From a virus (lineage: Duplodnaviria; Heunggongvirae; Uroviricota; Caudoviricetes), in the IMG/VR virus record IMGVR_UViG_3300032050_000030: a DNA stretch of 64,000 bases. One strand, 5' to 3'. This document shows positions 35,370 through 44,667 of the stretch, piece by piece. Each line of letters starts with the position of its first letter. Within the stretch, counting starts at the first letter, position 1. The translations under genes and the position numbers were made by a program. Under the pieces are notes generated by a model that did no database searches, had not been told where the DNA came from, and was given only the letters and a program-made list of their open reading frames with translations.

Positions 35370-36338
35370 ATGGGTAAAGTTGGAAAAATCTCCACTATTA
35401 AAAAGGAGTATAACAGCTCACAGCTGCAGACAATGCAAAGCGGACTTGCAACAAGAGGATTGACCAGGATACCTGGAACAGGTGTATTTAAGTATCCTTA
35501 CAAGGAACTTGATGGTCAGTATAGAACAGGACTTGATCCAAATGCTGCTTACATTCGTAGAATTTCAGATCCCACAGAAAGGGAGATTGAGGTTGAGCGT
35601 GTAACTGAGCTTCGTGAAAAACTTCAGAACGCTCTTGGAGGAATTGATCTTGGTCCACGTTCTAAATTCTGGAACTATGGACTAGCCACATCAACAGATG
35701 ATACATTACATGTACAGCCTGTTAAATTGATTGACGGTGATAATTTCTTCGACTTAGCTGTTCCTCTTCAAGAACTTGCTTTTGCATGGTTGCGTGTTCA
35801 TCCTACAATTGCTAGCTCTTATCAAGCTTGGGAGCGTGGTGAATATCCTGCTGATACACAGTTCTATGTAGCTGATGAAGATATCGAAAATGCAGTGGTG
35901 TTCAAGAAGAAACAACTTATCAATAAGGCTATTGTTAAGTTTGATGCAATGACTCCAGAGAAGAAGAGAAAGGTTGCGCGTCTGTTAGGACTCCCTGTTA
36001 CAGAAGATACAAAAGAAGAAGCTGTATACAACCAAGTGGATAATCTTCTAAAGCAAACAGAATTCAAGAATGGTAAATACCAAGGCTTGAATCCAGTTGA
36101 AATCTTCAACAGATTTGCTGACATGAAGGAAAACTTACTCCATATTAAAGATTTGGTCAAACAAGCACTTACACATTCCGTATATAGACTTAAGCCAAAC
36201 GGAAGAATTTACGAAGGTGAATTTGAAGTGGCTACAGATGAGGAAGAGCTTGTTAAATACCTTGCTGATGATGATCATCAAGATGATCTCATTACATTAG
36301 AACAAAAACTAAAAAGTAAAAAATTAGCAGCTGTATGA
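35370..36338 (+). CDS. hypothetical virion/head-associated protein
   Basis: Start moved to MGKVGKI, preceded by the aactacatATGg context shared with the scaffold gene; track start 35307 lies inside the terminator region. Confidence 0.45.
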   Translation: MGKVGKISTIKKEYNSSQLQTMQSGLATRGLTRIPGTGVFKYPYKELDGQYRTGLDPNAAYIRRISDPTEREIEVERVTELREKLQNALGGIDLGPRSKFWNYGLATSTDDTLHVQPVKLIDGDNFFDLAVPLQELAFAWLRVHPTIASSYQAWERGEYPADTQFYVADEDIENAVVFKKKQLINKAIVKFDAMTPEKKRKVARLLGLPVTEDTKEEAVYNQVDNLLKQTEFKNGKYQGLNPVEIFNRFADMKENLLHIKDLVKQALTHSVYRLKPNGRIYEGEFEVATDEEELVKYLADDDHQDDLITLEQKLKSKKLAAV

Positions 36339-37066
36339 TACCTGTAGATAGTTTATTATATAAGGTAGATCAGAGACTAAATAAACTATCGACTAATGAT
36401 CACCAGCAGATCCAACTGGAAGATAAGATTTTAGCTTTAAACGAAGCTCAAATCAAACTCATAAAGCAAAAGGTTGATGGTTTTAGTACCGTCTCTGGTT
36501 TAGGATTGGACTCCTTTAAGAAAAGGTACGAAGATCTCCAAAGTTTGGTTATAACCTATAACCATCAACCTCTTGAATTGTACGTAAAAAATCCAGAACT
36601 AAATCAGTGGGCAGCAGGATTACATCAACTAAATCCTAAGTATATGTTCTATATTGATAGTTATATACTTGCTGATAAAGGTAGGTGTAAGAATAGAAAA
36701 ATATGGATTAACAGGGATTTGGCAAAACATGGTGACATTCAGTTTATTCTGAATAACGATCATTACAAACCATCCTTTGAATATCAAGAAACATTTAATT
36801 TCCTGTCATCTGATGAGATGTCTGTATTTACAGACGGGACCTTTACCCCAACTAAAGTTTATATCTCTTACATGAGATATCCAGTGTACATCGATAAGGA
36901 AGGATACATCAAGTTTGATGGAACTCCTTCGGTAGATTCAAACTGTGAACTCGAAGCTTATCTGGAAGATGAACTTCTTGACTTGACAGTTCAAAATCTT
37001 GCAATGTACACAGAAAATCAGTCTGCTGTCCAAAGTAGCATATACAGGATACAGACAAACGAATAA
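36335..37066 (+). CDS. hypothetical structural protein
   Basis: 243 aa ORF, 4-nt overlap coupling. Confidence 0.45.
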   Translation: MIPVDSLLYKVDQRLNKLSTNDHQQIQLEDKILALNEAQIKLIKQKVDGFSTVSGLGLDSFKKRYEDLQSLVITYNHQPLELYVKNPELNQWAAGLHQLNPKYMFYIDSYILADKGRCKNRKIWINRDLAKHGDIQFILNNDHYKPSFEYQETFNFLSSDEMSVFTDGTFTPTKVYISYMRYPVYIDKEGYIKFDGTPSVDSNCELEAYLEDELLDLTVQNLAMYTENQSAVQSSIYRIQTNE

Positions 37067-37094
37067 GTTTTTTAATCATTAAAATAGCATAAAA

Positions 37095-38255
37095 ATGGCT
37101 GATTTCTCATTAACTACGCTTTTCGTAGTTCCAGTAGGAAACGTTCTACCTAGCTCTGGTTCTACGCAAAACCTGTCCGCAGGACAGTTCGGTATCTTTA
37201 GGAGTGACTACAGTGTTGCTAACGCTGGTAACATCACTGCTAAACCATACTTCTATTTGGCTCAAGGTAGAACAAACACATATCTCCAAGGCTCTAAGCG
37301 TTCTGATAAGATCGCAGGTTGCCCTACAGGATCTTCTTGTAAGTCTAATGTTACCGAATGGTACAAAGTAAGTGGTTGTGCTACTCCTGCCACCCAAGTT
37401 ACCGATGTATCTGGTTGGACTGTAAAGTGTGGTGATGTTGTCACTCTGACACTCCGTGCACACTCTAGCTACATTGACACTCTGTACTTCAATGGTTTCA
37501 CTCGTTCCGTAACTGTACAAGCTCCTTGTTGCGATTGCGGTGGTGATCCTTGTACTGATGTTGATGTTCCTGCTTTGATTGATCAGTTCATTCTGAAACT
37601 CAACCAAAAGGCTCCTGGTAACAACCCAGACAACATTAGCTTTAGCACATTCTATCAATTCCAAAGAATTGGTAATGATGCAAACGCTATCCTCCGTATC
37701 TCTGGTAAGCCTCTTACCAAGTATGGTCAGCCTTGTGATGTTATGGCGTTCCCTTGGGAATATGACAGGATGTGGTTCCGTACATTCGTGTACAGCGGTC
37801 CTGCAACCACTGCTGACTTTATTGTAGCAGACAATTGCAACATCGTTGCTGACGCTGAGGTAACTCAACGTGCATCTTATCCTTCAGGTACTTCTGATGA
37901 GGTGAAGCAATTGGAGAAGAACTACTACAGCTACCAAGCTGGATATTTGAAGCATCTGTATAGGATGGTTGGTTACAATGAGAACTTCGAGTCTTGGGTA
38001 ACTGATGGTACTATCTATGATACCTTCTATATCAGGTTCAACGAATACGATAAGGCTGCTTACTCTTGGGGTGACTACATTAAGGAAGACTCTATGGTTA
38101 TCGTTGCAGTTCCTCAATCTTTGACTGCTGGTATCCAAGCTGTTCTTGAAGCTGGTCTTGGTGAAGTTGCTGATGATAATGCTTGTATCACTACAACATC
38201 TACCACCACAACTGTATGGCCAACCACTTCTACAACTACTACTTTGATTCCTTAA
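37095..38255 (+). CDS. hypothetical structural protein, Cys-rich with C-terminal poly-Thr tail
   Basis: 386 aa; CCDCGGDPC cluster; ends TTSTTTTVWPTTSTTTTLIP. Confidence 0.45.
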   Translation: MADFSLTTLFVVPVGNVLPSSGSTQNLSAGQFGIFRSDYSVANAGNITAKPYFYLAQGRTNTYLQGSKRSDKIAGCPTGSSCKSNVTEWYKVSGCATPATQVTDVSGWTVKCGDVVTLTLRAHSSYIDTLYFNGFTRSVTVQAPCCDCGGDPCTDVDVPALIDQFILKLNQKAPGNNPDNISFSTFYQFQRIGNDANAILRISGKPLTKYGQPCDVMAFPWEYDRMWFRTFVYSGPATTADFIVADNCNIVADAEVTQRASYPSGTSDEVKQLEKNYYSYQAGYLKHLYRMVGYNENFESWVTDGTIYDTFYIRFNEYDKAAYSWGDYIKEDSMVIVAVPQSLTAGIQAVLEAGLGEVADDNACITTTSTTTTVWPTTSTTTTLIP

Positions 38256-38287
38256 TAGTAGGCGAAGAAACAATTATCATATAACCT

Positions 38288-38329
38288 AAGCCAGAGGGTG
38301 AGAGGATTCAATCTCAAATCCTCTGGCTT
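38288..38329 (+). terminator. intrinsic terminator (aagccagagg ... cctctggctt) followed by atttattt
   Basis: Perfect 10-bp stem, 22-nt loop, T-rich tail, directly after the stop at 38255. Confidence 0.5.
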
Positions 38330-38345
38330 ATTTATTTAAAATAAC

Positions 38346-38903
38346 ATGGCAGATCTCAAACTAGACATACTGGTAATTCCCACGTACAATATACAAACAA
38401 TGGGTATTGCTGATGCGTCAACCTATCCAGGTCCTGTTACAGCTCCAACCATTGAAATAAATGTTCCTGGTTTTGGAGAAGTTAGCCTGCCGTTCAACAT
38501 CAACGATTTTAATATATATACATCTCAGTCTTTAGGAATTACAGAAGTGGGTGATCCGCTCCTTCCTCTTCCTGATGGTGTGTATTATATCAAATACTCT
38601 GTTACTCCTGCTTATCAAAACTATGTAGAGAAAACTATAATTCGTGTTGATCATCTTCAGGAGAAATTTGACAGTGCGTTTATGAAATTGGACATGATGG
38701 AATGTGATGCTCCAATTAAGAAACAGCAGAAAGTTGATTTGAATAGTATATATTATTTCATCCAAGGAGCAATTGCTGCTGCAAATAATTGCGCTGTTGA
38801 TACAGCAAACAAGTTGTATGCTCAGGCAAGCAAAATGTTAAATAATTTTAATAAAAGCAACTGTAATTGCTACGGTAATAATTACATAAATAATTTTAAC
38901 TAA
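38346..38903 (+). CDS. hypothetical structural protein
   Basis: 185 aa ORF. Confidence 0.45.
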   Translation: MADLKLDILVIPTYNIQTMGIADASTYPGPVTAPTIEINVPGFGEVSLPFNINDFNIYTSQSLGITEVGDPLLPLPDGVYYIKYSVTPAYQNYVEKTIIRVDHLQEKFDSAFMKLDMMECDAPIKKQQKVDLNSIYYFIQGAIAAANNCAVDTANKLYAQASKMLNNFNKSNCNCYGNNYINNFN

Positions 38904-38904
38904 T

Positions 38905-39048
38905 ATGGCAAACTGTAGAAACTGCGGAATGAAAGTTGGTTGCGGATGTCAATTAATTAACGGTCTGTGTTCAGCATGTAACAATGCTCTGAAAACAGCA
39001 ACACAAAGAATAAAAGATGTTATCACCAAGGCTTACAAATTGTATTGA
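38905..39048 (+). CDS. small Cys-rich protein (47 aa; not in ORF track)
   Basis: Hand translation MANCRNCGMKVGCGCQLINGLCSACNNALKTATQRIKDVITKAYKLY; 8 Cys in CxxC/CxC spacing; starts 2 nt after the previous stop. Confidence 0.35.
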   Translation: MANCRNCGMKVGCGCQLINGLCSACNNALKTATQRIKDVITKAYKLY

Positions 39049-39283
39049 GTGTAACACCATCACTGCACTTCTTGCAGAAATTGACTGCAAGGTGGCAGAG
39101 CTGGCAAAAAATGAATACAACAACGTTGTGTTCGCCCTCAACTATCCTCTCCCTGGAACTGTGCTAGATGATCTTCTTAATTACAAAAGAATTCTCAGAT
39201 TCAAATATTGTAATGGAAGTTATGGAGCACCGTTTACATTGAATCAGATAGCTAGTAGAGTAAAAGTATTAATCCATAAATAA
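39017..39283 (+). CDS. hypothetical small Cys-containing protein
   Basis: 88 aa ORF; overlaps the 3' end of the preceding small ORF in another frame. Confidence 0.3.
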   Translation: MLSPRLTNCIECNTITALLAEIDCKVAELAKNEYNNVVFALNYPLPGTVLDDLLNYKRILRFKYCNGSYGAPFTLNQIASRVKVLIHK

Positions 39284-39292
39284 AATAAAAAA

Positions 39293-40414
39293 ATGGCTTG
39301 TTCAAATTGCTATAACGGATGCGCTGAGATTGTATCTGATAGGTGCGTCAAATATACAGGACTAGATGTTCCTGCTTTAGGTATTCAAAACGGTGATTCT
39401 CTATCTTTGGTAGAAGCATCTTTGATAGAGTTTCTAACAAATGCTCTTTCTGGTGTAGCTATCATCCCTACCATTGATCAATCTATTCTCTGTAACATAG
39501 TTAGTAAGTATCTTCCAGAGTGCGGAGAACTCAATATCAATGCTTACATATCTGCCCTGATTCAAGCAGCTTGTGACTTACAAGAGCAAGTTGATGTATT
39601 GGATGGTAGAGTGGATACAATTGAAGCAAACTACAATGTAGATTGCCTCACTGGTGTAAGTGCTAGTTCAGGTACACATGCTATTCTCCAAGCTGTCATT
39701 ACAAAACTTTGTGATGTAGATGTAGCTTTAGCAGCACTTGCTTTAGATGTAGATACAAATTATGTAAAACTTTCTGAGCTAAACAGTTTGATTGCTGCAT
39801 ATATTGCAAGCACAACAACATCTAGTTCTAAGTATTACACAAAGATGGTTCCTTACACTGTCGTGGAATACTATGGTCCTGTTGTAGGAAACTTTGATGT
39901 TTCTGGTGCAGGTGTAGGAGATTGGGAAAAAATCTATCTGTGTAATGGAAATAATGGAACTCCAGATAAACGTGGTAGGGTGGCAGTTGGTGCAATTGCT
40001 GGTGTTGGTGGAGGTGCTATGAATCCTGCAGTAGACCCATCTAATCCAGATAATCCTAATTATGCTTTATATTCTACTGGTGGTGCAAATGTTATTACTC
40101 TTGCACCTACACAAATTCCATCTCATAGTCACACTATTTCTATAACTGACGCTGGACATTCACATTTTATTGCTGGTCTGGAAACAACCGCATCTTCTGC
40201 ACCACCAAATAACACTACACCTATTGCTTCTGCTGGTACAGATGGTACCAACCCAGCATATGCACTACATCCTAGTACACTAGCTGCAACAGTTGGTAAA
40301 ACAAGCACCTCTACAACAGGAATCACTGCAAGTATTGGATCTACTGGTGGAGGATTGGCACATAGCAACATCCAGCCTGTTCTTGCTTGTTATTATATTA
40401 TGTACATCCCTTAA
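39293..40414 (+). CDS. hypothetical structural protein (fiber-like, G/A/T/S-rich C-terminal half)
   Basis: 373 aa; N-terminal CxxC, Gly-rich repeats AGVGGGAMNP...TGGANV...SAGTDGTNPAY. Confidence 0.4.
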   Translation: MACSNCYNGCAEIVSDRCVKYTGLDVPALGIQNGDSLSLVEASLIEFLTNALSGVAIIPTIDQSILCNIVSKYLPECGELNINAYISALIQAACDLQEQVDVLDGRVDTIEANYNVDCLTGVSASSGTHAILQAVITKLCDVDVALAALALDVDTNYVKLSELNSLIAAYIASTTTSSSKYYTKMVPYTVVEYYGPVVGNFDVSGAGVGDWEKIYLCNGNNGTPDKRGRVAVGAIAGVGGGAMNPAVDPSNPDNPNYALYSTGGANVITLAPTQIPSHSHTISITDAGHSHFIAGLETTASSAPPNNTTPIASAGTDGTNPAYALHPSTLAATVGKTSTSTTGITASIGSTGGGLAHSNIQPVLACYYIMYIP

Positions 40415-40424
40415 ATTTAAATAA

Positions 40425-41063
40425 ATGGCTTGCTATCCAGGTACTCCCTGCAATCCTTGTGCGCCTGTGAAGTTTACATTTCCAAAGAAATGTGACAACG
40501 GTTGGTTGAATTCAATGATATTGAATACTGCAAATATAACCTACACTGGTGCCAATCTACCAAACACGGGTGTGGACACAGGTGATAATTTAAACACTGT
40601 TTTACAAAAAATAGATGAAGAACTTGATCCAGTAACACTGGTACAAACCCTACTTTACACAATTCAAACCAATCCTTCACTACTAGTTGCTTTTTGTAGT
40701 TTAGTTAGTGAATGTAATCCAACTACCACAACAACCAGCACTTCTACAACCACAACTACTACAACAGCTACTCCGTTTATGATAGCAGGTGCTTTGGGTG
40801 GAGATGTAGGTAATGCTCCTTTTGCTACAAGTGTAGATGCATGTACCACTGCTTTTGGAGGAGATGTATATAATAGTAATTTTTATACACCTAATGGAGT
40901 TTTGATAGCTAATGGTGTCCAACTTTCTCAATATGATACATATTATCCATTTGCTTCTGGTTGGTACATTTATACATATTATGATGGAAATCCTATTTTT
41001 CCTTTTCAAGTGTTCTATCTAGACTCAAATAGTACAGTGACTACACTTATTACATGTCCTTAA
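40425..41063 (+). CDS. hypothetical structural protein with poly-Thr linker
   Basis: 212 aa; PTTTTTSTSTTTTTTTATP linker between two Cys-containing domains. Confidence 0.4.
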   Translation: MACYPGTPCNPCAPVKFTFPKKCDNGWLNSMILNTANITYTGANLPNTGVDTGDNLNTVLQKIDEELDPVTLVQTLLYTIQTNPSLLVAFCSLVSECNPTTTTTSTSTTTTTTTATPFMIAGALGGDVGNAPFATSVDACTTAFGGDVYNSNFYTPNGVLIANGVQLSQYDTYYPFASGWYIYTYYDGNPIFPFQVFYLDSNSTVTTLITCP

Positions 41064-41094
41064 AATCCTGTTTTGTTGGTTTTACAGGATTCAT

Positions 41095-41125
41095 CCCCTA
41101 GTGTTTCTACACTGGGGGTTTTTTC
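41095..41125 (+). terminator. intrinsic terminator (cccctagtgt-ttct-acactggggg + T7 run), preceded by a second hairpin aatcctgt/acaggatt at 41064..41091
   Basis: 10-bp stem with one G-U wobble, 4-nt loop, followed by ttttttcgttt. Confidence 0.55.
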
Positions 41126-41203
41126 GTTTAAATTCTAATCAAGTTAATTATAATAGATAACCGTGTTAATTAAATAAATTTGGAGAATTTGAAAAACAAT
41201 CCT

Positions 41204-41211
41204 ATCTTTAC
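41204..41211 (+). promoter_or_regulatory. TAnnTTTA near-consensus Bacteroides -7 motif (tatcttta) upstream of 41239
   Basis: Same tatcttt core as the two motifs at 24.2-24.6 kb; 27 nt upstream of the ATG; lies after a terminator, so a likely transcription restart. Confidence 0.25.
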
Positions 41212-41238
41212 TGCAATTTTAACCAAACTACACCCCTA

Positions 41239-42489
41239 ATGGTAGGTAATCAACATCTTCTGGAAAAGCTCCAACAGATGCTTAACTGGAAAAAAAGTAA
41301 AAAGTTTTACGCAGATAAATTAGGAATTACAGAGAGAGAAGTAGATAGTCTACTTAGAGAAATCAGAGAATCTGAGGTTATTAGAAATGAGGCAGAAACT
41401 GCTAGTTACATAGGAGAGCTTGAAGATGCGGTGATAAGGTTTGAAGAGGACTTAGTCAGGGGAACTGGAGAAATTGTAATAAACTCCCCAGAAGAGATTC
41501 GCTCCCTGGAGGAACTGATTGAAAAGTGTAAGATTGACACATCTAAGTGGGAGATAACTAAATACGTACAGAACTATTGGGGAAATGCTGAACAACCTCA
41601 CTGGCAGGTGAAAGCTTGGCTTGGAAAGAAATCAAACGAACAAGCGTTTCAAGATTCATTTATTGAGTTCTTAGATTCATATTCTCCTGTTTCTCAGGAC
41701 ATTATGTCTCCAAAACTGCATTCAGGTAAGTCTGATGGTGCTCTTGTAATTAATAAACAAGATGCCCATTATAACAAACATGATGTAAATGGAGACAATA
41801 ACATGGATGAAAGATTTGCTAGAACAGCATATAGAGTGGAAACCATTCTCAATCAGGCATCCTTGTCAAACAATCTGAGCAAGGTGATATACATCATAGG
41901 ATCAGATGAGTTTAATAGTGAGTTCACTGGAACTACAACCAAGGGTACACCACAGCAAAACATTGATGGTTATCATGAATCATTTCAAGCAATTTGTAAT
42001 CATGAGATATTAATGATTACATTGCTTCTCAATTATGCTGATGAGGTAGATGTTATTTATGTGGCAGGGAATCATGATGAATATGTAGGGTGGCACATGA
42101 TTAATTGGTTGAAAACCTATTTCAGAAATACAGATAGACTAACATTTGATTGTTCTCCCAGATATAGAAAGTACGTTAGTTATGGTGTATCTGCCATGAT
42201 GTTCAATCATGGTGATGTAATTAAGCCAGCAAAACTTGCATCTCTATTCCCTATGGAATATAAAGATGGTTGGTCAAAGCATGAGGCTTTTTACATCTTC
42301 ACTGGTGACAAACACCATGAAGTGAGTCAAGATTTTAACGGAATTAAATTTTACCAAATCCCTGCATTCTCTAATGCAAAAAGTGGATGGGATGAAAAGA
42401 ATGGGTACACGTGCGCGCGTGGGGAGGTAACTGGATTCTTAATAGACCTTCACGATGGGATGACAAATATATTCAAACAGTATTTATAA
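41239..42489 (+). CDS. calcineurin-like metallophosphoesterase domain protein
   Basis: 416 aa; IGSDEFNSEF, YVAGNHDEYVGWH (GNHD/E motif), FTGDKHHEVS (GD..H/H); N-terminal helical region. Confidence 0.45.
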   Translation: MVGNQHLLEKLQQMLNWKKSKKFYADKLGITEREVDSLLREIRESEVIRNEAETASYIGELEDAVIRFEEDLVRGTGEIVINSPEEIRSLEELIEKCKIDTSKWEITKYVQNYWGNAEQPHWQVKAWLGKKSNEQAFQDSFIEFLDSYSPVSQDIMSPKLHSGKSDGALVINKQDAHYNKHDVNGDNNMDERFARTAYRVETILNQASLSNNLSKVIYIIGSDEFNSEFTGTTTKGTPQQNIDGYHESFQAICNHEILMITLLLNYADEVDVIYVAGNHDEYVGWHMINWLKTYFRNTDRLTFDCSPRYRKYVSYGVSAMMFNHGDVIKPAKLASLFPMEYKDGWSKHEAFYIFTGDKHHEVSQDFNGIKFYQIPAFSNAKSGWDEKNGYTCARGEVTGFLIDLHDGMTNIFKQYL

Positions 42490-43217
42490 TGTCAACACTA
42501 AGAAAACTTGTTTCAGATGTACGCTCTATGCATAAGATTTTGTCTACGGACAGTCTTATCACAGATAGAGCTATTGCGTCTGAGGTTAAGAATAATGCTC
42601 TTTTGTTAATCAAGAGAGAAACAAATCTCAGAAAGCTTTGGGCTACTGATACTTTGTTTACAACTATTTCCTGTTTGGAAATGGTTGAGGTGCCTATTTC
42701 AGAATGTTGTGATTTTGTAGATCCCTGTACAGTTGCAAGAAGTAAATATAAACTTCCTCGCATAGCTGAAGGTAATTATCAATATATTATTCAGGGTGTG
42801 TATTCTATAAACGCAATGAGTGGAAGAGGTACTAAGTTTAAGGAAATTACAGTTAATAGGTATGTCAATCTTATCAAGCTTCCAGTTATAAAAAGAGAAA
42901 CATACTTTTGGATAATGAATGGTTATCTGTATGTAACAAACCCTCTTCTTCAATCTGTAAGAATATCTGCATTGTTTGAAGCAGATGTTCCTAATGAGAT
43001 TATGTTTCCTGAATGTGATTGTGGAGGAATAGAATACACTGATGAAGAGTGGTGTAAAAATCCACTTGATAAACCTTATGCCTTACCTGGATACTTAGAA
43101 AAGCAGGTACTGGAACTTACTTCCCAAAAACTGTTGAACACGTATTTTAGACTTAAAACTGATCAAACTGCAGAAGGAGTAGATGGACAAGCTCCTAACA
43201 CAACAAATACTCAATAA
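42489..43217 (+). CDS. hypothetical structural protein, Cys-rich
   Basis: Start moved to MSTLRK (ATAATG overlap with the previous stop); CCDFVDPC and PECDCGG clusters. Confidence 0.4.
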   Translation: MSTLRKLVSDVRSMHKILSTDSLITDRAIASEVKNNALLLIKRETNLRKLWATDTLFTTISCLEMVEVPISECCDFVDPCTVARSKYKLPRIAEGNYQYIIQGVYSINAMSGRGTKFKEITVNRYVNLIKLPVIKRETYFWIMNGYLYVTNPLLQSVRISALFEADVPNEIMFPECDCGGIEYTDEEWCKNPLDKPYALPGYLEKQVLELTSQKLLNTYFRLKTDQTAEGVDGQAPNTTNTQ

Positions 43218-43693
43218 TGAGAGTGAAGATTGACTGGAGGAGTTCCAGTAAAGAAAATTATATAAGCTTTTGTAAAAAGAATCCTTCCATAAAAATATCG
43301 TTTGATGAATGGAAGAATATCATTTATTTGTTCAACGAATCGTTTAAGAATTACATATTAGAGACAGGAGAAAGGGCTAAACTTCCTTTTGGTTTTGGAG
43401 AGTTTTCCATAAACAAAAAGAAAAGAAGGAAGATTAAAGGTGTAGATGGTAAAGAGTTTGTCAACCTTCCTATTGACTGGCAAAAGACCAAAGCAAAAGG
43501 AAAAGTGATTTACAACTTTAATTATCACACAGAAGGCTATTTCTTTGGATGGGTTTGGTTTAAAGAAACCACCAGACTTAAAAATGTAGACTTGTGGTAC
43601 TTTAAGCCTACAAGAACAACTTCTAGATTACTGTCTCACTACATAAAAACCAACGAGAAATATCAGCATATTTATCGTGAATGGAAAAAATAA
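43217..43693 (+). CDS. hypothetical protein
   Basis: 158 aa ORF. Confidence 0.4.
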   Translation: MRVKIDWRSSSKENYISFCKKNPSIKISFDEWKNIIYLFNESFKNYILETGERAKLPFGFGEFSINKKKRRKIKGVDGKEFVNLPIDWQKTKAKGKVIYNFNYHTEGYFFGWVWFKETTRLKNVDLWYFKPTRTTSRLLSHYIKTNEKYQHIYREWKK

Positions 43694-43698
43694 AATAA

Positions 43699-44667
43699 AT
43701 GTCATACTACTACAAGTATAATTTTACAACACCTGAAGTTGTCTATTCCACAGTGAAGGAAGAGCTCAAAAGCTATTTCGACACAGGGGCTGTAGACGAT
43801 CTATTGTTTCCTACTTACCTGGACAAATGTCTTAGGAAGTTAGGAAGAACCACATACGTAATTAGTGAAGAAACTTTGTACGTAGAGGACTTTGAGGCAA
43901 GACTCCCAGATAACTTTTACGCTGTAAGAGAAGCTTGGATGTGCACAGAGATTCCTCAAAATCCATATCAGACAGCTAATTCTTTCTATTCTCAAGCGGC
44001 AGATATTACAACTATTCAGGTGAGTCCTGTTGTTTCTAATGGTCAACCTTGTACAAATCTTGAATGTACAACAGGTTGTCCTGAGTGCATGCCTGAATTG
44101 ATTCAGGCTGTGTACAAGACAAATAATCAGGTGGCTAGGTCTTACACCAAGTCATATCTGCTGAAACCAGGAAACATCTCAGCAAGAGGTAAGTGTGATG
44201 TTAACTATATGGATAACTGGGAGTTTTACAGTGCACCTCCAACAATTAACGAGTTTACACCAAATGCTGCTGGATATGATTCATTTGATATCAGGGGCAA
44301 TAAGTTTGTTACGAACTTCAGAAGCGGTATAGTTCATCTGATTTTCTATGCAACGGAGTATGATGCAGGTGGAAATCAGATGATTCCAGATAACTTCCGT
44401 ATCAGGGAATATATTGAAGCATTCATTAAATATAAAGTTTTTGAAACTCTGGCAAATCAAATTAATGATGAAACCTTTAATCAAATTCAACAAAAGTTAG
44501 GCTATTATAAAAATCTTGCAGATGAAGCATTTATCATGGCAGATATAGAAGTCAAAAAGCAAGATGTCTATGCTAAACAGCGTAGAATAAAACAGGATTT
44601 GAATAGGTTTAACATGTACGAACTTCCAAACAGAGTGAACAGATATGGCTGGAGAAGGAACAACTAA
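43699..44667 (+). CDS. hypothetical structural protein
   Basis: 322 aa; CTNLECTTGCPECMP cluster. Confidence 0.4.
   Translation: MSYYYKYNFTTPEVVYSTVKEELKSYFDTGAVDDLLFPTYLDKCLRKLGRTTYVISEETLYVEDFEARLPDNFYAVREAWMCTEIPQNPYQTANSFYSQAADITTIQVSPVVSNGQPCTNLECTTGCPECMPELIQAVYKTNNQVARSYTKSYLLKPGNISARGKCDVNYMDNWEFYSAPPTINEFTPNAAGYDSFDIRGNKFVTNFRSGIVHLIFYATEYDAGGNQMIPDNFRIREYIEAFIKYKVFETLANQINDETFNQIQQKLGYYKNLADEAFIMADIEVKKQDVYAKQRRIKQDLNRFNMYELPNRVNRYGWRRNN

Noticed and set aside
32348-38273. Minus-strand ORFs inside plus-strand late genes (32348..32632, 33792..34334, 34377..34931, 37146..37868, 37884..38273)
   Set aside because: They are antisense to the scaffold, MCP and structural genes. They have low-complexity, Ser/Thr/Cys-rich compositions driven by the sense-strand codon bias.
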